Of a DNA stretch of 64,000 nt, positions 1 through 10,284 are shown one piece after another. The notes beneath the pieces were generated by a model, which was not told where the DNA came from, did not search any database, and worked only from the letters and a program-made list of their open reading frames with translations. Each line of letters opens with the position of its first letter. Position 1 is the first letter of the stretch. The stretch lies in the sequence record SRR20825006_1326, one strand, 5' to 3'. Made by a program: the position numbers and the translations under genes.

Positions 1-1
1 C

Positions 2-1210
2 ACCGATGTGGTCAATATCGGCATTGGCGGGTCAGACCTTGGCCCTGCCATGGTGTGCAACGCACTGCGTCCATATATCGACGCAGGCATCACGCCGCAC
101 TTCGTTTCAAACGTAGATGGCGCAGATATCGCCGACACGCTGGCGCAAATTCAGCCCGAAACCACACTCGTTTTGGTCGCGTCCAAAACCTTCACCACCG
201 ACGAAACCATGACCAACGCCAACACCGCCCGCAAATGGCTGGTGAGTGCGTTGGGTGATGCAGCGGTGAAAGATCATTTCGCGGCGCTTTCTACGAACTT
301 AGACGCTTGTGCAGATTTCGGTATCGCCAAAGACCGCATCTTTGGCTTTTGGGATTGGGTCGGCGGTCGCTATTCCGTCTGGTCCGCTATCGGCTTGCCC
401 GTCATGCTGGCCATCGGTCCAGACCAGTTTGATGAATTTTTGGCGGGTGCCTATGAAATGGACCAACATTTTCTCACTGCGCCACTCGCGGAAAATATGC
501 CCGTGATCATGGCCGTATTGGGCGTCTGGTACCGCAATGTATGGGGCCATGCCACCCACGCCGTTCTGCCTTATGATCAGCGTATGAACCGCTTCGCCGC
601 CTATTTGCAGCAGCAGGATATGGAATCCAACGGCAAGTCCGTTCAGCTCAATGGCGAAAAAGTCACCCGCAAAACCGGACCAATTGTTTGGGGCGAACCT
701 GGCACCAACGGCCAGCACGCTTTCTATCAGTTGATCCATCAGGGCACCGACATCATTCCGGTTGACTTCCTTGTCGCCGCTCAGGCCCACGACGATCTGC
801 CCGAACATCACCAAAAGCTGGTGGCCAACTGTTTCGCCCAGTCTGAAGCCTTGATGCTCGGCAAAAGCGCCGATCAAGTAATGGCAGAGTTGAAAGAGCA
901 GGGCTTGTCAGCCGCTGAAATCGAAGCGCTCACGCCGCATAAAGTGTTTGAAGGCAATCGCCCCTCCAACACTTTGATCTACACCAAGATGACACCAAAG
1001 ATGCTCGGCAAACTGATCGCGCTTTATGAGCACAAAGTGTTCGTTCAAGGCGCGATTTGGAACATCAATAGCTTCGACCAGTGGGGCGTTGAACTCGGCA
1101 AACAACTGGCCAAAGCCATTTTGCCCAAGGTGAAAGATGCGCAAGCCTCGAGTCGGCACGATGGCTCCACCGAGGGCTTGCTTGCACAATTCCACGCTTG
1201 GAAGGGCTAG
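2..1210 (+). CDS. pgi: Glucose-6-phosphate isomerase (5'-truncated by the window edge)
   Basis: Motifs [49 protein letters not shown] and [10 protein letters not shown]. The frame is open from the start of the window. Confidence 0.98.
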   Translation, partial: TDVVNIGIGGSDLGPAMVCNALRPYIDAGITPHFVSNVDGADIADTLAQIQPETTLVLVASKTFTTDETMTNANTARKWLVSALGDAAVKDHFAALSTNLDACADFGIAKDRIFGFWDWVGGRYSVWSAIGLPVMLAIGPDQFDEFLAGAYEMDQHFLTAPLAENMPVIMAVLGVWYRNVWGHATHAVLPYDQRMNRFAAYLQQQDMESNGKSVQLNGEKVTRKTGPIVWGEPGTNGQHAFYQLIHQGTDIIPVDFLVAAQAHDDLPEHHQKLVANCFAQSEALMLGKSADQVMAELKEQGLSAAEIEALTPHKVFEGNRPSNTLIYTKMTPKMLGKLIALYEHKVFVQGAIWNINSFDQWGVELGKQLAKAILPKVKDAQASSRHDGSTEGLLAQFHAWKG

Positions 1211-1285
1211 CTCATTCCATCCAAAAGAATCATTGCGCAATTTGAAGGCTAGGCTATCGTAAAGGTCCAACCAATCCGGTGGATC

Positions 1286-2176
1286 ATGTCACAAGATAGC
1301 CTAGCCATTATTTTGCGCGTCGGATCAGGCATTTTATTTGCGCTGATGGTCGCTTGCGTTAAAGCCATGTCCGATGCTGCCCCAACAGGGCAAATCGTTT
1401 TTTACCGCAGCGCCTATGCGCTTATCCCGCTGGTTGGCTATTTGTGGATTCGCGGCGAGTTTCCCAAGGGCTTGAAAACAAAATATCCGATCAAACATGT
1501 GTTTCGCTGCCTAACTGGCTGTTGCGCCATGTTCGCGTCATTCGCCACGTTGGCCTATCTCACCATCGCTGAATCCACCATGTTGACCTATTTGTCGCCC
1601 ATCTTTGTGGTGATCTTCGCACAAATCTTCTTGAAAGAAGTGGTGCCAGCCGTGCGTTGGGTTGCAGTTATTCTCGGTGTTTTCGGCACAGGTGTGCTTG
1701 TTGTGCCCGAATTGATGAACAGCCGTACCGACAATGAATCTTACTTGATTGGGGTGAGCCTTGGCGTTTTGGCCGCTATTCTCACTGCGGCCTCAATCAT
1801 CCAAATCCGTAACCTTGCCAAAACCGAACATCCGGCCGCCATCGCCTTTTATTTCGCACTCACTTGCGCAATCTTCGGCTTGTGCACCTTGCCATTCGGC
1901 TGGGCTGAAACCGATTTCAAACAAGAAATCCTGCTGCTCGGCGCAGGCTTGTTCGGCGGTTTTGCCCATATTCTTGTTACCACCAGCTTCCAACTGGGCG
2001 AAGCGTCCAAGCTTGCGCCTTACGAATATCTGTCGCTGATTTGGGCGGTGATCATTGGCGTCACAATCTTCGGCAACATCCCCAGTCTCAGCTTTTATGC
2101 CGCATTGCCGTTCATCGTTGGCAGCGCTGCCATTGTGGCGTTTAAGGAAGGCTTTCGCCGCAACATTCCGCGCTAA
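1286..2176 (+). CDS. DMT/EamA-family transporter
   Basis: 296 aa with about 10 hydrophobic segments. EamA-type motifs GQIVFYRS, PIFVVIFAQIFLKE, EASKLAPYEYLSLIW. Confidence 0.88.
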   Translation: MSQDSLAIILRVGSGILFALMVACVKAMSDAAPTGQIVFYRSAYALIPLVGYLWIRGEFPKGLKTKYPIKHVFRCLTGCCAMFASFATLAYLTIAESTMLTYLSPIFVVIFAQIFLKEVVPAVRWVAVILGVFGTGVLVVPELMNSRTDNESYLIGVSLGVLAAILTAASIIQIRNLAKTEHPAAIAFYFALTCAIFGLCTLPFGWAETDFKQEILLLGAGLFGGFAHILVTTSFQLGEASKLAPYEYLSLIWAVIIGVTIFGNIPSLSFYAALPFIVGSAAIVAFKEGFRRNIPR

Positions 2177-2244
2177 TAGTTTGATTTGCCAAATCTGGCT
2201 TTGTGAAGCTATCCTTTCTATCGGGAGGAGAAGTTCAAAAGCCG

Positions 2245-3126
2245 ATGAACTTTGCGAATATCTTGTTATTTCTGGCTGGCGCTATTGCAGCTTTATTGCT
2301 CGCATCCGCTAAAATCGTCGGAGAAGTGGTGCCACCGGGCCAAATCATTTTTTCCCTTGGCATATATTCATTTTTGCCAAGCCTGATTTATTTCGGGTTG
2401 AAGGGCGATATTCCGTTTCGCCTATATTTGAATGCGCCATTGCTGCAATCCGCCACGGGCCTAGGTGTTGTCGCTGCCTTCTGGCTACTGTTGATGGTCC
2501 TTAACACGCACACACTAATGTTCGCCGCCTTGCTGGTATTCATGCTAAGCGCCATGCAACTCGCCAGTCACTATTGGCACCGTAAGGAGAGCAGGCAAGC
2601 GGAGGGCCGTTTCGGTATCGATATGATCATCTGCGGCGTGGCCATGTTTGCCTTGCCGCTTCTCATTAAACTGCCTGTTGCGACGGCAAATCTGATGGCC
2701 ATTTTAGTCGTGGCATGGTGTGGCGCGCTTTTGGCATTGCGGCAATCCAAGGTCTGGCGAAGCCAGTGGAAGTTGGTATGGCCGTCTGCTTTGGGCTTCT
2801 ATTCGTCCATACTGGCTGTAATTGTCGGTGCATTCAGCGCGAGCCAGGGATGGGTTGATCCCAGCACGGCAGAGTCATTTCACTTGATTTGGATCGGAGT
2901 TCTGTTCGGCCTAATGCAGATTGCAATCATTCATGCCAAACGTCTTGAAGGATTAAAGCGTCCAAACTTCAACTTTGAAACCGGCTTCTTGCTCATGGTC
3001 ACATTTTTGGAAATTGCATATTTCAGAGAACGGCCCGCAAACAATATTCTGTTTGCGTTGCCATTTTTCCTCTCCGCACTAATTTTTATGGCAGGGCAAA
3101 AAAGGGCGCCGAAAGGCGAGCGCTAG
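2245..3126 (+). CDS. Divergent DMT/EamA-like membrane protein (paralogue of the upstream gene)
   Basis: Hydrophobic ~293 aa. N-terminus VPPGQIIFSLGIYSFLPSLIYFGLKGDIP aligns by eye with APTGQIVFYRSAYALIPLVGYLWIRGEFP of 1286..2176. Start is uncertain (2203 GTG or 2245 ATG). Confidence 0.55.
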   Translation: MNFANILLFLAGAIAALLLASAKIVGEVVPPGQIIFSLGIYSFLPSLIYFGLKGDIPFRLYLNAPLLQSATGLGVVAAFWLLLMVLNTHTLMFAALLVFMLSAMQLASHYWHRKESRQAEGRFGIDMIICGVAMFALPLLIKLPVATANLMAILVVAWCGALLALRQSKVWRSQWKLVWPSALGFYSSILAVIVGAFSASQGWVDPSTAESFHLIWIGVLFGLMQIAIIHAKRLEGLKRPNFNFETGFLLMVTFLEIAYFRERPANNILFALPFFLSALIFMAGQKRAPKGER

Positions 3127-4373
3127 CTCGCCTTTGTTGCAGGCATGTCGTCCACATGCATTTGTGTTGCTTCCGGCGTGATTGTTGGCGTAATCGGAAC
3201 AATCGCGTCTTTGTCGTCCACTTCGCCTTTGTCGCTGGCCACAAGCCGCTGAATGCCCGTTCCCGCCAACACAAGCGCCACAAGCGCATAAAACACATAC
3301 ATGCCGGTGCCGCCAAACCGATCCAACGCAAATGCGCCGCCAATCGGGCCAATCACCATGCCGGTTGAGAACACCAATACCAATGTGCTTGAGGCCGCAA
3401 CCATTTGTTGTGGCTTCAAATAATCATTCATGTGCGCCATGCATATCGAATAAACGGGCAGGGTGAAGCCCCCCATAATCAGGAAGCCGCCAAACAAGAA
3501 CAACGGATAAAGATGCGGCGTGCCGATATAGACCATCATAAAGCACACAAGGCCATTCACCAGCGAGGCACCAACAATAATGATCCGTCGATCAAACAGG
3601 TCTGAAAGTTTGCCCAGTGGGAACTGAAGCAACAGCCCGCCCAACGTACTCGCCGCCAGCAAATAACCGGTTTCTGAAACGCTTAAACCAACTTTCCGGG
3701 CATAGATCGCCGTAACAAACGCCAAGCCACCATTGGCGATGCCGATGAAGAAGCCGCCAATCACGGCCATAGGCGAAATATTGAACAGTTCCACCAGCGT
3801 CACACGTTGTGGCTCTTCCAAGCTGGGCTGTGTGGTCGCCGCAATCAAAATCGGCACCAATGAGACGGAAAGCAACACTGAGATAAAGATAAACAGCGTG
3901 ATATCGCCAGGCGCTGAAAGGCCGATCATCAATTGGCCAGCCATATAGCCTGCCGTTTGCACAACGAAATAAGATGAGAGCAAGGAGCCGCGATTCTTAT
4001 TATCTGCCAATGAGTTCAACCAGCTTTCTGCCACGATATAAATGCCAGAAAAACAGAAGCCAGATAGAATCCGCATCGCCCCCCAGCTTACCGGATCATT
4101 GGTGATCAGGTGGATTAGTGCGGAAGTGCTGGCAATGGAAACCAATGCCGCAAACACCCGCACATGACCTGAATGGTTGATCATGATCGGGGTGATAAAG
4201 CAGCTTAAAATAAACCCGATGGGATAGCCGGATTGCACCAAACCGATTGTGGTTTCATTAAACCCGATCTCTTGCGCACGAATGGTCAAAATTGTCGACA
4301 ACAAGCCATTGCTGACCATCAGCAACACCATGCCCACAAATAACGGCCATGCCGCACGGATAGCTATCCACAT
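3123..4373 (-). CDS. MFS transporter (YcaD-like)
   Basis: About 12 TM segments. Motifs GHVRVFAAL, YIVAESWLN, QFPLGKLSDLFDRR. Start taken at ATG 4373. Confidence 0.88.
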   Translation of the reverse strand: MWIAIRAAWPLFVGMVLLMVSNGLLSTILTIRAQEIGFNETTIGLVQSGYPIGFILSCFITPIMINHSGHVRVFAALVSIASTSALIHLITNDPVSWGAMRILSGFCFSGIYIVAESWLNSLADNKNRGSLLSSYFVVQTAGYMAGQLMIGLSAPGDITLFIFISVLLSVSLVPILIAATTQPSLEEPQRVTLVELFNISPMAVIGGFFIGIANGGLAFVTAIYARKVGLSVSETGYLLAASTLGGLLLQFPLGKLSDLFDRRIIIVGASLVNGLVCFMMVYIGTPHLYPLFLFGGFLIMGGFTLPVYSICMAHMNDYLKPQQMVAASSTLVLVFSTGMVIGPIGGAFALDRFGGTGMYVFYALVALVLAGTGIQRLVASDKGEVDDKDAIVPITPTITPEATQMHVDDMPATKAS

Positions 4374-4516
4374 AAAGGGAACCCCATTAGGTTTGATTTG
4401 CAAATCATTGCTAGCCTAAACATGCTAGCTTAATGATCTCAAGACGAATTATTGTTTTATTTCGCGCATATGGACGGAACAATCGGGACGCAATCGCATT
4501 TAAAAACGGGGCAATT

Positions 4517-5134
4517 ATGGCCGAAATTAAGAAACTCAAAAATGGCAAGAAAATCCTGCCGCTAATGGCCACAACCATTGAATATGGCGAACATCTCAAT
4601 CAGCAGATTGATCCGTACATTATTGGGGTAGGGCCTGTAGAAGCTGCAATGAACAGCATGCAGATTCTGAATCAATTGCCAGACAAGCCCGATTATGCAG
4701 TGCTTCTTGGCTCATCAGGCTCTTCACGACTTGCCCAAGGCGAAATCTACCAAGCCTCAAGCGTCAGCTATCGCGATATGGACGCTTCGGCCATCGGATT
4801 TGAAAAAGGCAAAACGCCATTTCTCGACTTGCCAGCAACATTACCGTTAGAGCCAATGTTTGACTTTCTACCCGCCGCAACCTTGTCCACAGGTGGCAAG
4901 GTCATTGTGGGTCCTGAATTTGATCAGCTAGCAGAAGACATGGTGGATATGGAAAGCTTTGCGGTAAAACGCGCCTGCCAATCCCACAATGTGCCACTCA
5001 TCGTCCTACGTGGCATTAGCGACGGCAAAAAAGAGCTGCAAAAGTATGATGATTGGACAGGACTATTGCCCATGCTTGATCAAAAACTGGCAGAGGCCTT
5101 GGCAAATATTTGCAACGAGCTTTCCCAGCCTTAG
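4517..5134 (+). CDS. MTA/SAH nucleosidase (PNP/UDP phosphorylase superfamily)
   Basis: Motifs GVGPVEAA, SYRDMDAS, VDMESFAV, LRGISDG. ATG 4517 preferred over 4433. Confidence 0.82.
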   Translation: MAEIKKLKNGKKILPLMATTIEYGEHLNQQIDPYIIGVGPVEAAMNSMQILNQLPDKPDYAVLLGSSGSSRLAQGEIYQASSVSYRDMDASAIGFEKGKTPFLDLPATLPLEPMFDFLPAATLSTGGKVIVGPEFDQLAEDMVDMESFAVKRACQSHNVPLIVLRGISDGKKELQKYDDWTGLLPMLDQKLAEALANICNELSQP

Positions 5135-6279
5135 AGGCCGTTTTGCCAACGATCATTCGACGCACCCGCACGCACACCTTCATTAAACAACTGTGTTAGT
5201 TCGGTTTCATCTAAGCGAACTTCGTTCACAGGTAAATCATAATCCATGCGCAATGCCGCCATCCGCATTTTCCAGCCATGGCGTTTTGCAAATTGTTGCG
5301 CAGCGATAATGCTTTGCCGTGAGTTGGCTTTAATGGAAGAGCCAAAAGAACGTTCCAAGATGCTAACCGTATGCGGTTTTACCAGCTTATATTCATGCCC
5401 AATCTTTCCATTGACCAATAGATATAAGGTTGGCGTTGACGAGAAGTTTCTCAATTGCCCAGCCTGCACAATCGCTTCAGGCAGCAACATGATATTTGCG
5501 GTGACGCCACCATCCACATGCATTTCTTTGAATGTTTGTCCCTGATGCGTCACCTCAATATATTGTGGCGGCAAAACGCCCGGCACGCTGGCAGACGCCA
5601 CCAAAACCTGTCGGAATAAATTAAGGGCGGATTCATTTTGAACGCTGGCAATCGCACCCATATCCCAAATGGCGGTGCGCTGGGTGTCGATATTGGTGGT
5701 AATCACATAAAGTCGGCGGCCCTTTTTGTGCTCCGCTGCAATTTGCTGCAGCAATGTTGGCGTCACATATCGCGCAACCATCTTTTCCAATGGCTGTGCG
5801 CTCAACACGCTTGAACCAAAAATTGCTGACAGGCCGGCAACACGCACCAAATCGCTTGTTTTTTCTTCGGTGAATAGCCTCGCCAAAATGGGATCATATC
5901 CGCGGCCCAAAAAGGCAAAGGGCGCCAATAGTGCACCTGTGCTGGTGCCGCTCACCACTGTGAATTGTGGCCGGGTGCCTGCTTTGCTCCATCCGGTCAA
6001 AAAGCCTGCGCCAAACGCACCCTCGGCACCGCCACCAGAAAGCGACAGCATGGTGAGTGGGCTGGATTGGTTTTGGAAACTCGATGGAGACCATAATTTC
6101 GCATTCACGATTCTCGGGTCGTCTGCCCAAATGCGCACGCCTTTAAGATTGGGCACAGTGGCGGCACTGCTGGCACTCATCGTATAATCGGTGCGATCAG
6201 TCGCGCAAGCAGCCAAAAACAAAGTCAGCAGCAATGCCATGACAGAAAGTAGCGCGCGAAATGATGTGTGAGCCGACAT
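5131..6279 (-). CDS. Patatin-like phospholipase, probable lipoprotein
   Basis: Oxyanion GGGAEG, nucleophile GTSTG, ASASVPG and DGG motifs. Lipobox LAAC after a hydrophobic signal. AAGGA RBS before ATG 6279. Confidence 0.88.
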   Translation of the reverse strand: MSAHTSFRALLSVMALLLTLFLAACATDRTDYTMSASSAATVPNLKGVRIWADDPRIVNAKLWSPSSFQNQSSPLTMLSLSGGGAEGAFGAGFLTGWSKAGTRPQFTVVSGTSTGALLAPFAFLGRGYDPILARLFTEEKTSDLVRVAGLSAIFGSSVLSAQPLEKMVARYVTPTLLQQIAAEHKKGRRLYVITTNIDTQRTAIWDMGAIASVQNESALNLFRQVLVASASVPGVLPPQYIEVTHQGQTFKEMHVDGGVTANIMLLPEAIVQAGQLRNFSSTPTLYLLVNGKIGHEYKLVKPHTVSILERSFGSSIKANSRQSIIAAQQFAKRHGWKMRMAALRMDYDLPVNEVRLDETELTQLFNEGVRAGASNDRWQNGL

Positions 6280-6400
6280 AAAAATTCCTTTGCCCACCTG
6301 CGAAAAATTCGGGCAGGGGTGCGCACAGAATACTGAAATCTAAAGAAGATTAAAACGTAATTTTAGTAGCGGCATTTGCGCTGCTTCGTCGCATCGCAAG

Positions 6401-7309
6401 TTAAGCGTGGCTTTCCACTTCACGCCACAGCCGTTGCAATGTCGGCTTGTCATTGTCTTTTTTCTTATAAAGCCGGATCTGCAAATTCTCAGTCAATTGT
6501 TCATCGCCCATCTGCAAAATATTACCATTCTCCAGCTCTTCTTTGCAGAGATCAAAGGGCAACCATCCAAAGCCGAACCCTTTCAGAATCATAGCCTTAA
6601 TGGAAACAGCCAAAGCATTTTTGCTGACCACAAAAACGCTTTTGGGGTGTATTTCACGCGAAAGAATGCCATCCACCACAGGGCGAAGTGATGACGTGTT
6701 GCCATAACTCAAAAGCGGTACAGAACTATTTTGTCCAGTGTCGAAACTAAACAATGGCGCGCCATTTTCCGCACCCGTCACGGGCAACAATCTATCGGTA
6801 GAAAGCGTAATGTAATCGCATTGCGCCACTTCCAACGGCGCCAGAAAATCCATGTCCGGATGCCAATAAGTCAGGATAATATCGCAATAATTTTGCTGCA
6901 ACGCTGTGACAAATTTGCTCGCTTCCCACGCTGACGAATTGAGGTCCACATCTAAGCCGACTTGGTCCACCAGTGGCGCGATATGTGACTTATAGTGCGT
7001 GAGATATAGGGATTGGGTGGTAGCAAATCGAATTTGATTTTCATTTGCCGCATCAATGGTTTGGCAGCGCTCCACCGTTTCCGAAAATGTGTCCAATATG
7101 ATTTTCGCTTGCGACAGGAAAACCTGCCCCGCAGGCGTAAGTGACAAGGGAAGCGTTTGTCGATCAATCAGCTTAACACCAACCTCATCTTCAAGCGCGC
7201 GAATGCGTCTAGAAAAGGCAGGTTGGCTCACATTGCGCACCTCTGCCGCCCGCGAGAAACTCTTCTGCACGGTAAGCGCCTCAAAATCTCTGAGCCAAAT
7301 GAGGTCCAA
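6401..7309 (-). CDS. LysR-family transcriptional regulator (HypT/YjiE-like)
   Basis: N-terminal HTH SFSRAAEVRNVSQPAFSRRIRALE; 302 aa. Confidence 0.93.
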   Translation of the reverse strand: MDLIWLRDFEALTVQKSFSRAAEVRNVSQPAFSRRIRALEDEVGVKLIDRQTLPLSLTPAGQVFLSQAKIILDTFSETVERCQTIDAANENQIRFATTQSLYLTHYKSHIAPLVDQVGLDVDLNSSAWEASKFVTALQQNYCDIILTYWHPDMDFLAPLEVAQCDYITLSTDRLLPVTGAENGAPLFSFDTGQNSSVPLLSYGNTSSLRPVVDGILSREIHPKSVFVVSKNALAVSIKAMILKGFGFGWLPFDLCKEELENGNILQMGDEQLTENLQIRLYKKKDNDKPTLQRLWREVESHA

Positions 7310-7341
7310 AGCCTTATTCCATCCCTAAACTTGGTGGGTGA

Positions 7342-8358
7342 TCAATCATCCAAACGATCTTCTTCAACTGCGTGGCACGCTACTGTGCTTCCATCGGGTT
7401 GGCGCATGGGACGAGGGCGCTCATGACGGCAGCGATTGGTGGCGAAATGACATCTGCTTTCAAACGGACAGCCAGTTGGCGGCACAAGCGGCGTTGGCCG
7501 CTCACCACGCAGGCGAATATATTTTGGCTTGTCGTCTTTAAGTTGCGGAATGGCAGACAAAAGTGCCCTTGTGTAAGGATGTTTCGGGCGTTCAAACAGA
7601 GTACGAGTACTGGATATCTCACAAATTGACCCCAAATATAAAACCGCAACACGCGTGGCAAAATGCTGCACCACATTCAAATCATGCGCAATAAATAAAT
7701 ATGTTATGCCGCGTTCTGCCCGTGCTTCAAGCATAAGGTTCAAAATTTGCGCCTGTATCGAAGCATCAAGCGCAGAAATCGGTTCATCTGCAATCATAAA
7801 TTCGGGATCAACCGTAAGTGCCCGCGCAATTGCTATGCGTTGGCGTTGTCCGCCTGAAAAAGCATCGGGGTACCGATCGCTCCAGGTCTGATCAATCCCC
7901 ACCGAACGCATAATGTCCGTCTTGCGCTGTTGAATATCCTGCGGCGAATAATCTGGAAAGTGATGCTTTAGGGGTTCGACCAAAGCTTCATCGACCGTCA
8001 TGCGCGGATTAAGCGACGCATATGGATTTTGGAAAATCATTTGCATGCGCTTGCGCAAGGGGCGCTGTTCACCACGTGAAAGCTGATCAACCCGTTGACC
8101 ATCAAAGTGAATTTCGCCCGAAGTGGGCCGCTCCAACCCGGTGATCAGTCGTGCAATCGTTGATTTTCCGCAGCCAGATTCTCCAACCAAACAAAAAGCT
8201 TCGCCCTGATCGATCGAGAAAGAAACATCGTTCACCGCATGCACATAGTTTTTTCGGCTGCGCAGACCCAGCGAACCAGGGCCACGATGGTGCAGCTCAA
8301 ACTGCATATGTAAATTTTTGACGTCCACCAAGGGGCGGTTTTGTACCACATGATTCAT
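7342..8358 (-). CDS. Oligopeptide/dipeptide ABC transporter ATP-binding subunit (DppF/OppF-like)
   Basis: Walker A GESGCGKS, signature [13 protein letters not shown]-terminal GCPF..RC..C..CH. Confidence 0.95.
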   Translation of the reverse strand: MNHVVQNRPLVDVKNLHMQFELHHRGPGSLGLRSRKNYVHAVNDVSFSIDQGEAFCLVGESGCGKSTIARLITGLERPTSGEIHFDGQRVDQLSRGEQRPLRKRMQMIFQNPYASLNPRMTVDEALVEPLKHHFPDYSPQDIQQRKTDIMRSVGIDQTWSDRYPDAFSGGQRQRIAIARALTVDPEFMIADEPISALDASIQAQILNLMLEARAERGITYLFIAHDLNVVQHFATRVAVLYLGSICEISSTRTLFERPKHPYTRALLSAIPQLKDDKPKYIRLRGERPTPLVPPTGCPFESRCHFATNRCRHERPRPMRQPDGSTVACHAVEEDRLDD

Positions 8359-8362
8359 AGAG

Positions 8363-9346
8363 CTATTCCACCAATGTCTCTTGATGCAAGCGGTTCACTT
8401 CGTGGCAGGCCACTGAGGCGTCGCGATATTGCACAAGGCTCGGACGTTCGCGCGTACATTCCGGCGAAGCGTAGGCGCACCGCGGATGAAATGGACACCC
8501 CTCAGGGAGTGACAGCAAAGAAGGCATATATCCTGCGATGGATTTGAGCGGCGTGCCGGGCAACGTTTGTTGCGGCAATGCGGAAATTAGGCCCTGCGTA
8601 TAGGGATGCTGCGGGTCGTTGATCACTTCACGGGTTTTTCCCGTTTCCACCACTTCGCCCGCATACATCACCATTACGCGCTCTGTGAGTTGGCACACAA
8701 CACCCAAATCGTGCGTGATGAGAATAAGGCCGACATTGTTGGCCATGCATAAATGGAGCAGCAACTCTAAAATATCGGCTTGTGTGGTGACATCTAACGC
8801 AGTTGTTGGTTCATCAGCGATAATAAGATCAGGATCAAGCAGCAAAGCGATTGCAATAATCACGCGTTGCCGCATACCGCCGGAAAGCTCATGCGGATAT
8901 TGGCCAAGTCGGCTTTCAGGCGCAGAAATATAAACTTCGCGCAATTTTTGAATAGCAATAAATTCAGCTTCATCCTGCCGCAATCGACGATGTGCCATCA
9001 ATGTTTCAACCATTTGTTGGCCGATGGTGAGTACCGGATTGAGCGTCACGAGGGGATCTTGAAAGATCATCGCCATACGGTTGCCACGAATTTTCCGCAA
9101 CTGCCGCTCATTTAGGCGAACCATATCTTGTCCGTCAAAAAGCACCTTGCCACGATCAATAAACCCGGGGGAGTTCAGCAAATTCATCATAGCAAATCCA
9201 GTGATGGACTTGCCCGCACCGGACTCGCCAACAATGCCGAGGCGCTCGCCTTTTTGCAGCTCAAATGACACATTGTTCACCGCAGTGATCGCGCCAAATG
9301 GCCCGCCAAACTTCACATTTAGGTTTTGCACGGACAGCAAAGCCAT
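8363..9346 (-). CDS. Oligopeptide/dipeptide ABC transporter ATP-binding subunit (DppD/OppD-like)
   Basis: GESGAGKS, LSGGMRQR, DEPTTALD. ATG 9346 overlaps the upstream stop codon (TAATG). Confidence 0.95.
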   Translation of the reverse strand: MALLSVQNLNVKFGGPFGAITAVNNVSFELQKGERLGIVGESGAGKSITGFAMMNLLNSPGFIDRGKVLFDGQDMVRLNERQLRKIRGNRMAMIFQDPLVTLNPVLTIGQQMVETLMAHRRLRQDEAEFIAIQKLREVYISAPESRLGQYPHELSGGMRQRVIIAIALLLDPDLIIADEPTTALDVTTQADILELLLHLCMANNVGLILITHDLGVVCQLTERVMVMYAGEVVETGKTREVINDPQHPYTQGLISALPQQTLPGTPLKSIAGYMPSLLSLPEGCPFHPRCAYASPECTRERPSLVQYRDASVACHEVNRLHQETLVE

Positions 9347-10284
9347 TATCCAGCCTCCGGCACATGTTGCGGGGCAATGCTGTCGCGCAGCCAATCACCA
9401 AGCAAATTGACCACCAAAATCAGCACCACCAGCAACAGCGCGGGCAATGTGGTGATCCACCAACTGCCAGAAAACAAATAGTCAAATCCGCTGGCAATCA
9501 GCGACCCAAGTGACGGGTAGGCGATGGGCATGCCAAGCCCCAAAAAGCTGAGCGATGCCTCCGCAATAATGGCGTTGGCGATTTGTATGGTTGAAATCAC
9601 AAAGATCGATGCCAGAGAGTTGGGCAAAATATGACGCACCATAATACGCATGGGGCCAAAGCCCATAATGCGCGCCGCATCCACATATTCCTTCTGCTTT
9701 TCCGCCAAAACTGTCGCCCGCACCGTGCGGGCATATTGCGGCCACTCGGCCAAGCCGATGATCACAATCAAAAGGAAGGGGGCATATTGCGCAAAAAACG
9801 CACGGCCACCCACCACTTGGGTTAGCGCGAGGAACACAATAGCAATCATAAGTGTCGAAAAGGAGAGTTGAATATCAGCAAGGCGCATCAACAAACTATC
9901 CACACGGCCGCCCACATATCCGCTAATCAGGCCAATGCTGACGCCGATAAGTGTTTGCACCAGCACAGCGCCCAACCCAATGATCAGCGAAAGGCGAAGC
10001 CCATAGAGCATGATCGACCACATATCGCGGCCCTGATCATCTGTACCAAACAAGAACGCAGGCTCAGCACCTTCTGCCCAGAATGGCGGCCGCTCGCTGT
10101 TGAGAATATCAATTTGGGTGGTGTCAAACGGATCAAATGGCGCAAGCAGCGGCGCAAACGCTGCCAGCAGGCACAATATTGCAAAGATCACCAACGAAAC
10201 AAAAGCCACAGGATGATGGCGCAATCCAATGGTGAGATCGCTTTGGAAGAAGCGTGAATAGAGCGAAAGATACGAGTTGCTCAT
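9346..10284 (-). CDS. Peptide ABC transporter permease (DppC/OppC-like)
   Basis: FGTDDQGRD, EAA loop EYVDAARIMG, HILPN, EASLSFLGLG. Confidence 0.93.
   Translation of the reverse strand: MSNSYLSLYSRFFQSDLTIGLRHHPVAFVSLVIFAILCLLAAFAPLLAPFDPFDTTQIDILNSERPPFWAEGAEPAFLFGTDDQGRDMWSIMLYGLRLSLIIGLGAVLVQTLIGVSIGLISGYVGGRVDSLLMRLADIQLSFSTLMIAIVFLALTQVVGGRAFFAQYAPFLLIVIIGLAEWPQYARTVRATVLAEKQKEYVDAARIMGFGPMRIMVRHILPNSLASIFVISTIQIANAIIAEASLSFLGLGMPIAYPSLGSLIASGFDYLFSGSWWITTLPALLLVVLILVVNLLGDWLRDSIAPQHVPEAG

Noticed and set aside
6376-6399. Hairpin TTGCGCTGC-N6-GCATCGCAA just after the lysR stop codon
   Set aside because: The stem is imperfect and there is no U-tract on the minus strand, so I cannot support it as an intrinsic terminator.
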